This document shows, in pieces, positions 1 through 9,852 of a DNA stretch of 64,000 bases. The notes beneath the pieces were generated by a model, which saw only the letters and a program-made list of their open reading frames with translations, did not search any database and was not told where the DNA came from. Made by a program: the position numbers and the translations under genes. The number at the start of each line of letters is the position of its first letter. Within the stretch, counting starts at the first letter, position 1. The stretch covers positions 186,001-250,000 of the IMG/VR virus record IMGVR_UViG_3300047322_001237. One strand, 5' to 3'.

Positions 1-913
1 CGTGGTTGCTCGGATCACGGTATTTCACGTGGCCGGTGGCGAGCACCACCAGGTTCCCCGCCGACTGTCGATACGTCCGTTCGATATGCGGGTACTTGTT
101 CTTCGGGATGTTGATGATCGTGAGCGTCGATGGCTCGCTGTAGAAGCGGGTCGTATCGAGCGCGGGATAGACGTACCACTGATTACCTTGGACGTAGTAG
201 CCCATCGCCGAGTTGTACACGCCTCCGCAGTGCTTCTGGATGTACTGAGGCACATCCATCAGTCGTGTCCCGTGCGGGATGACGATATGTTCACGAGGCT
301 TCGGATTTGCCGACTTCACCATCGTGACGCCCTGGACCTGTCGTTGACCGTTGACGGTCGTCTTTTGCGACGCTGCCGTGAGGATGGTCTTGATCGCGTC
401 ATCGACGGTCGTGTTCCGGAAGATCTGTCCGACCGACATCATCCGCATCTGCTCGACGCCCTTGTTGACGCACTGGAAATGCACCGTCGCTATGTCGGTC
501 AAGTCCAGGTTCATGCGGCTCGGCGAGTTGAAACCGTTTTGCTCCAGCAGCGGCGACCCCTTGTCGAGGAGCGTTCCCGTGAACAGTTCCGTCTTGATGA
601 CGCTTTGCTGATCGGTGGTGTCGCCCATTTCCTTCAGAGGCGTGTACGTCAGCATCACATCGACGGCGTTCTTGTACGGATACACTTCGTGCGCGTACAC
701 ACCCATCGGGATCTGCATCTCGACGATCAGCTCGTCGCCATAGGAGTCGAGGTAGTTTCGCTTCAGGTCAATACTCGTGACCTTCAAAGGCTGGACATAC
801 GTGCCCGTGGTCAAGACGAGAAGGTCAGCGCGCACGGTGAAGTGCACCGGCTTTGCGCCACCATTGACGACTTGCTCGACCTCCATCATCAAGGCCGATT
901 GTTCGAGTTCCAT
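1..913 (-). CDS. Virion structural protein, partial (runs off left edge; phiKZ gp101-like by position)
   Basis: Not in ORF track. ATG at 913 (MELEQSALMMEVEQVVNGGAKPVHF...), RBS-like AAGAGG upstream, in-frame at both ends checked, last gene of the minus-strand virion operon. Confidence 0.7.
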   Translation of the reverse strand, partial: MELEQSALMMEVEQVVNGGAKPVHFTVRADLLVLTTGTYVQPLKVTSIDLKRNYLDSYGDELIVEMQIPMGVYAHEVYPYKNAVDVMLTYTPLKEMGDTTDQQSVIKTELFTGTLLDKGSPLLEQNGFNSPSRMNLDLTDIATVHFQCVNKGVEQMRMMSVGQIFRNTTVDDAIKTILTAASQKTTVNGQRQVQGVTMVKSANPKPREHIVIPHGTRLMDVPQYIQKHCGGVYNSAMGYYVQGNQWYVYPALDTTRFYSEPSTLTIINIPKNKYPHIERTYRQSAGNLVVLATGHVKYRDPSNH

Positions 914-922
914 GAGACCCTC

Positions 923-1588
923 TTATTTCCAGCGGACGCTAGCAGGTCCGTTGAGACGTCCTCGAGTGAAGGCGTCGGCCATGCTGACGCGCTCCGGATA
1001 CTTCTTGTCTTCCGGCTCTTGGGCTTCCGCGTTGATGGTGGTAACGCGAGGCGCCAGTGGCTTGATGAGCTGATCGCGCGCAACGCGCATCGTGCCGGAG
1101 AGCTTGCGGTGCAAGATCGACTCGACGTAATCCTCGGGGAACAGATACTTCGCGTGGCGGTAGACCGTGTTCGCAAACTTGTCCAGCTTCACGAGGTCGT
1201 CGATCGGTGCGTGGCGGATGTTCAGCTCGTATTCGAGCTTGTTCTTCCAGGCATTCAGGTGATCGCTGATCAACTCATAAATCACCTTGGTATCTTTCTG
1301 ATTGGCCACCCCAATGGTCACGCCCGATTCCCAGTACTCGATCATCTGCGAGATGGAAAGCATCCGATCCACACGCTCGTTTTGCATCTGCTTGTCGAAG
1401 TCCGGGTCGCCGGAAGTCGGCGTGCCAAACTCGCGCATCGCCTCGATCGACACTGTCTGAATCGCCTGGACCCGACAAAGAAAGAGCTTGTGAAAGATGT
1501 ACCAGGCTGTGTCGCGTTGCTCCGGCGGCAACCACGTACTGGCCGTGGGTCTTTGCACCGGCTGGGAGCGCGGTACTCGCTGTTTCAT
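923..1588 (-). CDS. Conserved jumbo-phage hypothetical protein
   Basis: 221 aa, GGAG RBS, co-oriented and tightly packed in virion operon. Confidence 0.7.
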   Translation of the reverse strand: MKQRVPRSQPVQRPTASTWLPPEQRDTAWYIFHKLFLCRVQAIQTVSIEAMREFGTPTSGDPDFDKQMQNERVDRMLSISQMIEYWESGVTIGVANQKDTKVIYELISDHLNAWKNKLEYELNIRHAPIDDLVKLDKFANTVYRHAKYLFPEDYVESILHRKLSGTMRVARDQLIKPLAPRVTTINAEAQEPEDKKYPERVSMADAFTRGRLNGPASVRWK

Positions 1589-1611
1589 GTCGGGACTCCT
1601 TGTTCAGATTG

Positions 1612-2964
1612 TCAGATGCGCCGAATCGCTGCCCGAATTAGCAACAGCACGATCGGCGTGTAATAGAAGCGCTCAAGTCCGCCCCAGCCGTGATAGGTGT
1701 CACAGAAGGCGAGGAGCAGATCCTTGTTGATGGCGCGGTCTTCGAGGTAGTCGCGAACGACCAGCTCAAGCTTCGACTGACCCGGCCCGTTCTCGTAGAA
1801 GGCTTGCGAGAATACGTAGTGGTCGTCGATCAGCACCGGATTGATCAAAGGCGCTGTGGTGTAGGGCAGGCCAGCGAGGTCCGTGTTTGCGATCAGATCT
1901 TCGAGGCAGCCATTGCGCGAAGGCACGGCTTTCAAACTTGCCTCGGTGATCGGCGTGATGCCAGAGAATTCCTGGTCGACCGTCAGTTCGACGTTGCTCG
2001 GATACACCACGAGGTTGATGCCGCTCCATCGGATGCCGTTGAGCATCGGATTGCGCGTGAAGCGACTGACCCACACCAGTCCCGCCCGCCGGTTGGCGAA
2101 CTTGAGCATTTGCGGATCTTTCTGCAGCAGCACATTCCAAAGTTGCGTGCAGCTCATCGACGGGTCGTCGTCGACGTCGAGCTGCCGCATACGAAGCAGC
2201 TCCGGCGTATCGGTGCTCTCGAACATCTCGGTCAGCGCCCGCACGAGCCAAGCGTCATACGTCGGGTAGGGCTGCCCCGGTGCAATGATCGTCATGAACT
2301 CCTTGCTCATGAACTGCTTGGTGTAGGCGGCGAGCATGGACTCGTAGCGACTATGCAGCGTCGCAATCTGCTGCCACTCCTCTTTCTCCACCAGCGGGTT
2401 CTGACCGGCCTGGAGATAGTCCTTCACGAACTCCAGCGTCTGGACGCTCTTCGTCTCCAGATCCAGCAGACGCTCGGGTTCGGCGTAGTCGACCATCTCG
2501 TACTCGATGCCGAACACCGAGTCCTTGTAGAAAGACTTGCGCTCGCTCGACGTGATCGTGAAAATGCCCATGCGACCGTCATCGACCTGAGCGATGAACA
2601 TGTCACCCTGATTGGGAATCAGCACCGGATACACATTGGCGCTGCCCTTATAGGACATCTTCTTGCTTACCGCGTCCTGCGATGCAGTGAGGGACTGAGT
2701 GACCTTCAGTTCCATCTTGCGGATGCGACGGTACTGCTGATACTGCGCCGGCTTGTTGACTGCCTGCCCCGCAATACCGTTGTCCTGGTCCAGGACCTGG
2801 CTGTAGTAGTCGACCGTCCAGCTGCTCCCCTCGATGTGCGTGAGCAGGTCAGTGGTCGGGACATAACGTGTGTCGATCACGATGCCCTTGTACTTCGGAT
2901 CCGTGACGCGGATCTTGTCGCGATGCGGAACCGGAGGCGACGTGGCCTTATCGACGAGTGGCAT
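1612..2964 (-). CDS. Virion structural protein (phiKZ gp99/100-like by position)
   Basis: Start moved to MPLVDK (2964) with GGAG RBS; 17-nt overlap with the upstream gene. Confidence 0.65.
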   Translation of the reverse strand: MPLVDKATSPPVPHRDKIRVTDPKYKGIVIDTRYVPTTDLLTHIEGSSWTVDYYSQVLDQDNGIAGQAVNKPAQYQQYRRIRKMELKVTQSLTASQDAVSKKMSYKGSANVYPVLIPNQGDMFIAQVDDGRMGIFTITSSERKSFYKDSVFGIEYEMVDYAEPERLLDLETKSVQTLEFVKDYLQAGQNPLVEKEEWQQIATLHSRYESMLAAYTKQFMSKEFMTIIAPGQPYPTYDAWLVRALTEMFESTDTPELLRMRQLDVDDDPSMSCTQLWNVLLQKDPQMLKFANRRAGLVWVSRFTRNPMLNGIRWSGINLVVYPSNVELTVDQEFSGITPITEASLKAVPSRNGCLEDLIANTDLAGLPYTTAPLINPVLIDDHYVFSQAFYENGPGQSKLELVVRDYLEDRAINKDLLLAFCDTYHGWGGLERFYYTPIVLLLIRAAIRRI

Positions 2965-4483
2965 TTGTGTTCTCCACGGCTTGTACATAGAACGTCTCGA
3001 CGGACTTGAAGCCCGTCTGACTGGGGACGGCACTCATGAAGCCGAGCATGGAATTGCGAGAGGTCTGGTTGCTGTTGCCGATCGGTTTCGGGTAGCGGTC
3101 GCGGGGCAGCGCTGGCCACAGGGCCTCGATCAAGCGGACGAGGATGTCGTAGTTGGCGAGCAGGCGTGTCCACGCGGCGGGACTCAAGAGACGCCAGTTG
3201 TAGCAGAGGCCAAACCAGACGTGGAACCGTGCCCGCGGATTGGGATCGAACGTCGTAAGTACGTTCAGGTCGCCATCGACGCGAACCGTGCCATCAGCCT
3301 GCAAGTCGTTCGCGGCATACAAGTTGCACGAGAACACCGAGTTGTAGAGCTGCGTCATATAGGGCGCCTCGCCCGTGACGAAGGCCTTCATCCGGTCATC
3401 CATCGACCATCCTTCCGACAACTCGTCAAGGTTCATCAGCAGATTCGGATTGCCCTCGGCCGACAGATCGAGCGCCGTCATGCCGCTGAAGATGCGGATG
3501 AAAAAGGGCGGCTGGTTGTTCGGCACGAACTCATCCCACGCGGGAAAGCGCAAGCCCTCATTGCCGTTGAACCATCCGTCGAGCGATCGCGTCCGATTGA
3601 ACTGTTCGAAGTAGTAGGCCGACAGCGAGAAGCTTTTCTGTATCTGCTCCGGATTGAACGGCAGCTTGTCTTCGCGGTACTTGATGAGCTGGTTGTGAAC
3701 CATCTGTGGATACTCCATCACCACAGATACCGGCTTGTCGTACTTGAACTTGAACGCGCAGCTGATCGTCCACGTATCGGTGTCGTCTTCTTTGGATCCG
3801 ATCTCTGGTTCGCCTTCGAAATCCCAATATCCGACGATGCGTCCCTGGTGTTCGGGAACCGCGACTTGCAGCTGCTTCCCGCTGAGGTTGGACTCGACGG
3901 TCGCGCGGGCGGTGACGCTATTCTTGAACCACTGGGCGAACGTATCGCCGTAGCCCGCCACGTTCTCCATCAGCGTGTGGATCTCCTCGAGGATGACCAT
4001 CGAGACAGGCGGCAGCTGGTAGGCATAGCGGACGTCGAGCACCTGCACGTCACGCATCTGTGAAGTGCGCACGCGAATCTGCTCGCGCCAGCGCTTCGCC
4101 TTCACTTCGTCGATTGCGCGATACTTGAAGTTGATCGTGATCTCGGTGGACGAGTACACGGGCTTCAGCATCGTTTCGACGCGGGGATCGTGGAAGATGA
4201 AAAGGTTGTCCGGGTATAGGACAGCGGTACTCAGAAGTCGGTCTTGATCGACGGCTTCATCGACTTCGATCGTCACCTGATCGTAATAGGCAAGCTCGCT
4301 ATCAGCAGGATCGGCATGGAGCGTCGACCCCGGCTGCATGGTGTTACCGTGCGCGGACGGGTAGAGAATCGGCGTGTTGTCAGGCAGGCCCGTCAGCTTG
4401 AAGAGACGGCGGGCCACGTCATAGACCACTGGACGCGTTACGCTGTCGTACGTCTCCGGGATAGGCAATACAAGTTTCGGCAT
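2948..4483 (-). CDS. Virion structural protein (phiKZ gp98-like by position)
   Basis: 511 aa, phage-like codon use, first gene after terminator at 4541-4560. Confidence 0.65.
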   Translation of the reverse strand: MPKLVLPIPETYDSVTRPVVYDVARRLFKLTGLPDNTPILYPSAHGNTMQPGSTLHADPADSELAYYDQVTIEVDEAVDQDRLLSTAVLYPDNLFIFHDPRVETMLKPVYSSTEITINFKYRAIDEVKAKRWREQIRVRTSQMRDVQVLDVRYAYQLPPVSMVILEEIHTLMENVAGYGDTFAQWFKNSVTARATVESNLSGKQLQVAVPEHQGRIVGYWDFEGEPEIGSKEDDTDTWTISCAFKFKYDKPVSVVMEYPQMVHNQLIKYREDKLPFNPEQIQKSFSLSAYYFEQFNRTRSLDGWFNGNEGLRFPAWDEFVPNNQPPFFIRIFSGMTALDLSAEGNPNLLMNLDELSEGWSMDDRMKAFVTGEAPYMTQLYNSVFSCNLYAANDLQADGTVRVDGDLNVLTTFDPNPRARFHVWFGLCYNWRLLSPAAWTRLLANYDILVRLIEALWPALPRDRYPKPIGNSNQTSRNSMLGFMSAVPSQTGFKSVETFYVQAVENTNATRR

Positions 4484-4540
4484 GATCGGTCGCCTTATGC
4501 TGGGTTACATAAAATCGACCGAATTGCCAGACGGAATAAA

Positions 4541-4560
4541 GAGAGGGCCGAAGCCCTCTC
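4541..4560 (-). terminator. Intrinsic terminator
   Basis: GAGAGGGC-N4-GCCCTCTC then TTTATTCC on minus strand. Confidence 0.8.
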
Positions 4561-4591
4561 CTTGTTTGCGATGCAGGAAACGAACAAGCGA

Positions 4592-6052
4592 TTACATCTT
4601 GCCGGCTTCAGAGAACTTTCCAGCCTGCTTCATCCGCGCTTCGTTATCGCGATTGACGTGGTCATTCATCTTGTCGGCGGAAGATTTCTTCTCGCCGGTT
4701 GCGTCGTCCTTCTTGCTGCCGACCTTCTCCGCCGCCTTCGAACAATCGTTAAGACCTGCGATACCCAGGGCCAATAGCTTCATGCCGTAACCGGCCATCG
4801 GAATGAACGGTTGATATACCCAGCTCGCGTAGGCCTTGTAGAAATTCACGAGCGCCCGACGTTCCGAGGTCATGCCCTCATCACCGATCTTCTTCACGAA
4901 CGCTTCCGACGCCTTTTTCAGCTGACCTTCCTTCATCTCGATCTGGGTCCACAGACCGCTGTAGAACTTGTCGAGAACGATGAAAATTTTCCAAAGAGCG
5001 CTGGCAGCGCCCCTCATGTCGTCCTTCCGGGGAAGCTCTACGGATTCACGCTTAGAAAGAGATTCTCCTTTCCCGGTCTGACCGAACGTCATCGTCGAAT
5101 TGCGCAACCGTTCAAGAGTTGCTTCAACCGTCGATCCCGATTCGGCGCGGAAAGATTTCTTCTGCAACTCGTAGCCGCCCGGGAAAGAGCGCTTGTCAAA
5201 ATCACTCTTGTCGCTCAGCTCCTCCAAACGTTTCGCAAGCTCTTCGAGAGCTTTTTCGGGTGCGTTCGGGTCAAAGGCGTTGAGCGCTTTTTCGATCGCT
5301 TCACCGCGTCCCAGCACGTTGCGCGCGTCTTGCTCGAAGGCTTCTTCGAAGTCTTGGAGAATGAACCCGCCCCGCGGCGACAGGAACAGTTCGCAGAACG
5401 CGCGATTGACGGACACCTCACCTTCAACGCGCTCCGGATAGCTCTCGGCTTTTTTGCCAGCTTTCCCGAGCGTCGCTCGGTAATACTCAAGCCGGCACTG
5501 TTTCCAAAAGTTTTTAATGTGCTGCCATACGCGCGCTACGAAACCGACGATAGCGTCCCAGATCTTCTTCGCACGCTCTTTGATGCCCTCGGCTTCCAGC
5601 GCGATGGAACGGCCGATGTAATGCTCGAGCGACGGCACGATGGCATCCGGTTCGACGTCGGTACCCGCCACTGCCATGTCACCGATCGTCTCGATCATCG
5701 CGGCCTGCGCCGGCGTCGCGGTTTCGATGGACTTCGCCACATGAGCGAGATCATCCAGTGCATCCGACGTCTGAATTGCGCGCTCTGCTTCCTTCAGGTT
5801 CGCGCCAATCTCAGCGATCTGCTCCATCGCCATGCCGAGAACCGTCACCAGCGATTCCAGCGACACTTCCTCTTCTTCCACCGGAGGCACCAGTTCAGCT
5901 TCGTCCGCAGGCGGCGTATCGTTATCCACTGGCGGAATCGGTTCGGCATCAGTCGGCGCCACAACGGTTTCGGTTTTCGCCGGATCCTGAACGGCTTCGC
6001 CTTCGCCGCTTTCTTCGTAAAAGGCCTCGAGGGCCATGAGTGTGCGTCGCAT
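4592..6052 (-). CDS. Internal head/ejection protein, paralog family (phiKZ gp93-97-like)
   Basis: Acidic propeptide with ALE/SLE motifs; shared core AVAGTDVEPDAIVPSLE...ALEAEGIKERAKKIWDAI. Confidence 0.75.
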   Translation of the reverse strand: MRRTLMALEAFYEESGEGEAVQDPAKTETVVAPTDAEPIPPVDNDTPPADEAELVPPVEEEEVSLESLVTVLGMAMEQIAEIGANLKEAERAIQTSDALDDLAHVAKSIETATPAQAAMIETIGDMAVAGTDVEPDAIVPSLEHYIGRSIALEAEGIKERAKKIWDAIVGFVARVWQHIKNFWKQCRLEYYRATLGKAGKKAESYPERVEGEVSVNRAFCELFLSPRGGFILQDFEEAFEQDARNVLGRGEAIEKALNAFDPNAPEKALEELAKRLEELSDKSDFDKRSFPGGYELQKKSFRAESGSTVEATLERLRNSTMTFGQTGKGESLSKRESVELPRKDDMRGAASALWKIFIVLDKFYSGLWTQIEMKEGQLKKASEAFVKKIGDEGMTSERRALVNFYKAYASWVYQPFIPMAGYGMKLLALGIAGLNDCSKAAEKVGSKKDDATGEKKSSADKMNDHVNRDNEARMKQAGKFSEAGKM

Positions 6053-6083
6053 GTTCTTTGTCTTCCAATCGGAATAAATAAAA

Positions 6084-6111
6084 AGCCCCGAGACACGAGT
6101 GTCCCGGGGCT
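6084..6111 (-). terminator. Intrinsic terminator
   Basis: AGCCCCG...CGGGGCT stem followed by TTTTATTTATTCC on minus strand. Confidence 0.8.
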
Positions 6112-6136
6112 CCTAAACGCATCAGCGGACTAAGCG

Positions 6137-8275
6137 TTACTTCTTGCGCTCGCCGGTCTGATCGTCGTACTTCGGGTTCTTACGGGCGTCGCGTTGCTTC
6201 CCTGCATCCTTCTTCATGCGTTCAGCGAAGTCCTTGACGGTATCGTCGTAGTCCTTTTGCGTGAACTGCGAATCCTTCGCTCGGGCTTCTGCGCCGGCCT
6301 TCGCACGGTCGCTGGTTGCCTTGTGGCGAGCAGACGCCTTCTCGTCGTAGGCTTCGAGGCCCGATTCGACGAGGGCGCTGTAGCCACGGAGCACCTTGAT
6401 CGCATGCGTGAACAGCGGCACGAATGGCTGATACGTCCACTGCGCCCACGCCTTGTTGAAGTTCAACAGGGAACGGTAGTGGTGAATCGTCCTGCCCTCG
6501 GCCATCGCTGCTTCACCGGCCTTGCCCATGGCCTTCGTCGCGGCAGCCGACGCGGTCTTGATACGCTTGCCGAGATCGTCGAATTCGTGGTACGTCTTCT
6601 GATAGAAGTGTTCCATCGCCGACAGCATCTCGTCGAGCATGCCGAGGGTCTGCACATACGTATGCTTTGGCGCGACAGGGATAACGTGCGGAAGCGAAAC
6701 ATGATTCGCGACGAAGTGTGCGCCGTCGTTCACATACTTCACGCCCGAGTTGCGCAAGCGCTCCAATGCAGCATCCACGTCCTCGCCTGCGGTGTTCTCG
6801 TACGCGACGAGTTCGAGGTGTGCATGTCCGATCAGCTTGTCGATACCAGCCGACGAAGCGAAGCCCGCCGGATGCATGCCCGTGAGCTTGTTCTTCAGAT
6901 CCTGCGCGGCCTTCTCCGGGCGGTTCACGTCGAATTCGGCGATCGCCTTCGCGATGTCGTGACCCTTCTCGACCACACCGTTGGCGTACTCAGCGAACAT
7001 GCCACGGACCGTCTTCACGAAGCGGGGCAGATCCAACGGATGTGCCTCGAGGTCCTTCGCGCTCAGGCCGCCACCCTTCACGAAAGCGAAGAGCTGCATG
7101 CTTGCGCGAACGAAGTCAACGTGCTTCTCATCGCCCACCTCGCCGGCCATCTTCTTCAGCGCGTCGAGCTTTTTGCGCCACGTCGGCAGCGTCTTGTTGA
7201 TGCGCCAGTAGCCACGGATCTTTTCCCAGATGCGATCGATGAACATCACGATCGATTCCCAGATCCGCTGAGCCGTTTCCTTGATGCCTTCGGTCGCGAT
7301 GCGATGACCGATGAAGCTTTCCATCGAAGGAACGATGGCGTCCGGTTCGACGTCGGTACCCGCCACGGCCATGTTGCCTGCCGTTTCCATCAGAGCGGCT
7401 TCAGCCGGCGTCGCTTGCTTGATCGAGTCAGCCACGAACGCCAGATCTTCCAGAGCGTCGGAAACCTGAATCACGCGCTCCGATTCAGCGAGGTCGTGCT
7501 GGATTTCAGCAGCGTGTTCGCCAGCATCGGCAACCGCGAATGCAGCCTCTTCCATCGCGTACGACAGTTCGAGGCGCTCGCGCATCGATTCCATCGCTTC
7601 GCTGTCGGCTTCCGCTGCACCGCCTTCGGGAGTCGGTGTCTCATCGGCACCGCCCACGGGCGTTTCAGCAGGAGTCGACTCACCACCTGCATCGGTCGGT
7701 TCCGTCGCCGCCGGCGGGGTCGTATCGTCCGTAGCGGGCGGGGTTTCGTCCGTGGAAGCAGCCGGCGTCTCTGCCGTTTCCGGTTCTGCGGGCTGCGTAT
7801 CGTCGGTCGACGTAGCAGGCGTTTCAGCAGGCGCGGGCGGCGTTTCGGTCGAGGCATCAGCTGCCGGTGTTTCCGGCGTAGCATCGGTCGATTCAGCGCC
7901 AGCCACCGGCTCTTCAGCCGTCGATGCGTTGGTCGGTTCGGACGGCACAGCCGGAGCAGCTTCAGCCGGAGTTTCCGCAGGCGTCGGCGCGTCCTGCGCA
8001 ACCGGCGCCGGGTCTTCTACGCCGGGTTCTGCGGGAAGTGCAGGGGCGGCTGCGGGATCGGTGGGCTTGGCTTCGTCGGGTTCCGACGGCTCCGGGTTTG
8101 TGCCATCGCCCGTCGGCTCAGCGGGTACCGGTGCGTCAGCTGCCGGTGCGGACGCGACAGCAGCAGGATCTGCTTCCGGCGTCACTGCGGTGTCCGGCTT
8201 GTCGGTCTCAGCGTCCGTCGGCGAACCCGTGTTGGAGTTGTCGAAGGCCTCGAGGGCCAGGAAATGTCGTCGCAT
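6137..8275 (-). CDS. Internal head/ejection protein paralog with long Pro/Ala/Thr/Glu-rich propeptide
   Basis: MRRHFLALEAF start, ~220-aa low-complexity stretch, then DALEDLA...VPSMESF...IATEGIKETAQRIWE. Confidence 0.75.
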   Translation of the reverse strand: MRRHFLALEAFDNSNTGSPTDAETDKPDTAVTPEADPAAVASAPAADAPVPAEPTGDGTNPEPSEPDEAKPTDPAAAPALPAEPGVEDPAPVAQDAPTPAETPAEAAPAVPSEPTNASTAEEPVAGAESTDATPETPAADASTETPPAPAETPATSTDDTQPAEPETAETPAASTDETPPATDDTTPPAATEPTDAGGESTPAETPVGGADETPTPEGGAAEADSEAMESMRERLELSYAMEEAAFAVADAGEHAAEIQHDLAESERVIQVSDALEDLAFVADSIKQATPAEAALMETAGNMAVAGTDVEPDAIVPSMESFIGHRIATEGIKETAQRIWESIVMFIDRIWEKIRGYWRINKTLPTWRKKLDALKKMAGEVGDEKHVDFVRASMQLFAFVKGGGLSAKDLEAHPLDLPRFVKTVRGMFAEYANGVVEKGHDIAKAIAEFDVNRPEKAAQDLKNKLTGMHPAGFASSAGIDKLIGHAHLELVAYENTAGEDVDAALERLRNSGVKYVNDGAHFVANHVSLPHVIPVAPKHTYVQTLGMLDEMLSAMEHFYQKTYHEFDDLGKRIKTASAAATKAMGKAGEAAMAEGRTIHHYRSLLNFNKAWAQWTYQPFVPLFTHAIKVLRGYSALVESGLEAYDEKASARHKATSDRAKAGAEARAKDSQFTQKDYDDTVKDFAERMKKDAGKQRDARKNPKYDDQTGERKK

Positions 8276-8356
8276 TGTTGTCTACCTTACGTTTCAAAAG
8301 AGACCCATGGCAGAGCGCTCGCGGCGCACGCGCCACGAGTCTCTTTGTCGGGCGTA

Positions 8357-9739
8357 TTACGCCGGGAGCAGCGGATGCTCGGGCACCGGTACGCCGTGAC
8401 GTTCCTTCTGGACCACGTGCTCGAGGTCGTAGCACTTGATCGATTCCTGGACGCGGGCGATGCCGCTGCGCAGGTTCGTGAGCGTGAGGCTCGTCATCTG
8501 GAGCAACGGTTGATTGATCCAGTGGCAGAAGGCGGCGTTGAAGGCGAGCATCGCGCGGTAGTAGGTCTCGACCACCTTCGAATGACCCGAGGTCTCGCTG
8601 TGATCCAGATCGCCCAGGGACTTCTCGGCCTTCTTCGATGCCGCGGCCAGATCCTTGCGCACGCGCTGGAAATCGCCTTCGTTCTTCGACTTGTCGAACT
8701 TCTCGATCGCATCGAGCTGCGCTTCGAGTTCCTTGACGACTTCTTCCATCTGCTCGACGGTGAGCGGCTTGCCCTTGTGGGTTTCGCCCGCACCGTTTTC
8801 CATCTTGCGGCCGCCGACCGAATCAGCGAGCTGCACGTGATGGGTCCGCAGCTTTTCCAGCACGCCGAGCGTCGTCGCGTCGCCTTCCTTCTGGAAGTCG
8901 GACACGATCAGGATCTTGTTGTGGAGCAAGTCGTCTGTGGATTGGGTTTCGAACTGACCCACCTTCTTCGTGGCTACCACGCCCGGCAGACGGCCGAGCT
9001 TCACGCCCTGGAGCGCGTAACGCAGCTTGTTGGCCGATGCTTGCGGATCTTCTGCGTCGAATGCTTCGATGCCGGACTTCGCCTTCTCGCCCATCGCGAG
9101 CACGTACTTGGCGTAGCTCGAATAGACCCAGTCGACGACCGAGGTGAACGTCTTGTTCGCCTGGATGTACTGCACGGCATCCGTCACGTCCTTGTGCGCC
9201 ACCACGGCGAAGACGCCGACGTGACTGCCTTCCTTCTGCTTCGACTTGGACTTGTCGATGGACTTGATCTGCTTCTTCAGTTCCTCGAGGCGATAGCGCG
9301 CTCGCGGGATCTGCGCGAAGATGCGCTTGAAGAAGTTGACGATCGTTTCCCAGACGTGAGCCAGGAACTTCTGGATGCTTTCCCAGATCTTCTTCGCCGT
9401 CTCTTTGAAGTTCTCGGTGGCGATCACGCCATCCTTGAAGCTTTCCATCGACGGGACGATCTCTTCGGGAGCGATGTCGGTGCCGGCCGCTGCCATCTGA
9501 CCGCACATCTCGGTCAGTTGGGTTTCTTCGGTGCTCGCATCCTTGACGTTACCCGCCACGACCGCGAGGTCTTCCAGAGCATCGGCCAGATCCATGCCGC
9601 GATTCACTTCGGCGAGGTCTTTCTGGATGCGTGCTTCATCGCGCGCGTTCTCGTCGATGAGGAGCATTTCCTCTTCGAGCGAAATCAACGGGCGCGCATC
9701 GTCCTGGACTGCTTCCAGTGCAGGAAAGAAATTGCGCAT
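8357..9739 (-). CDS. Internal head/ejection protein paralog
   Basis: MRNFFPALEAV...DALEDLA...VPSMESF...IATENFKETAKKIWE. Confidence 0.75.
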   Translation of the reverse strand: MRNFFPALEAVQDDARPLISLEEEMLLIDENARDEARIQKDLAEVNRGMDLADALEDLAVVAGNVKDASTEETQLTEMCGQMAAAGTDIAPEEIVPSMESFKDGVIATENFKETAKKIWESIQKFLAHVWETIVNFFKRIFAQIPRARYRLEELKKQIKSIDKSKSKQKEGSHVGVFAVVAHKDVTDAVQYIQANKTFTSVVDWVYSSYAKYVLAMGEKAKSGIEAFDAEDPQASANKLRYALQGVKLGRLPGVVATKKVGQFETQSTDDLLHNKILIVSDFQKEGDATTLGVLEKLRTHHVQLADSVGGRKMENGAGETHKGKPLTVEQMEEVVKELEAQLDAIEKFDKSKNEGDFQRVRKDLAAASKKAEKSLGDLDHSETSGHSKVVETYYRAMLAFNAAFCHWINQPLLQMTSLTLTNLRSGIARVQESIKCYDLEHVVQKERHGVPVPEHPLLPA

Positions 9740-9771
9740 GATTGCTTGAACCTTTCAAATGAAGGAATAAA

Positions 9772-9808
9772 ACCTGAGACTCCAGGAAACATCCCCGGAG
9801 TCTCAGGT
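9772..9808 (-). terminator. Intrinsic terminator
   Basis: 12-bp stem ACCTGAGACTCC/GGAGTCTCAGGT followed by TTTATTCC on minus strand. Confidence 0.8.
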
Positions 9809-9852
9809 CCTACCCAAGACGTGTAGAACGTATTAGGTCACCGCACGAGCCG

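Noticed and set aside
2-1663. 553-aa plus-strand ORF and similar long antisense ORFs (1690-3009, 45662-47557, 47690-50005, 52096-53613)
   Set aside because: Same shadow-ORF effect opposite recognisable phage genes
6194-9826. 1210-aa plus-strand ORF spanning several head genes
   Set aside because: Antisense shadow of GC3-biased genes; Arg/Leu/His-rich with no motifs and no RBS, while the minus-strand genes have clear family features
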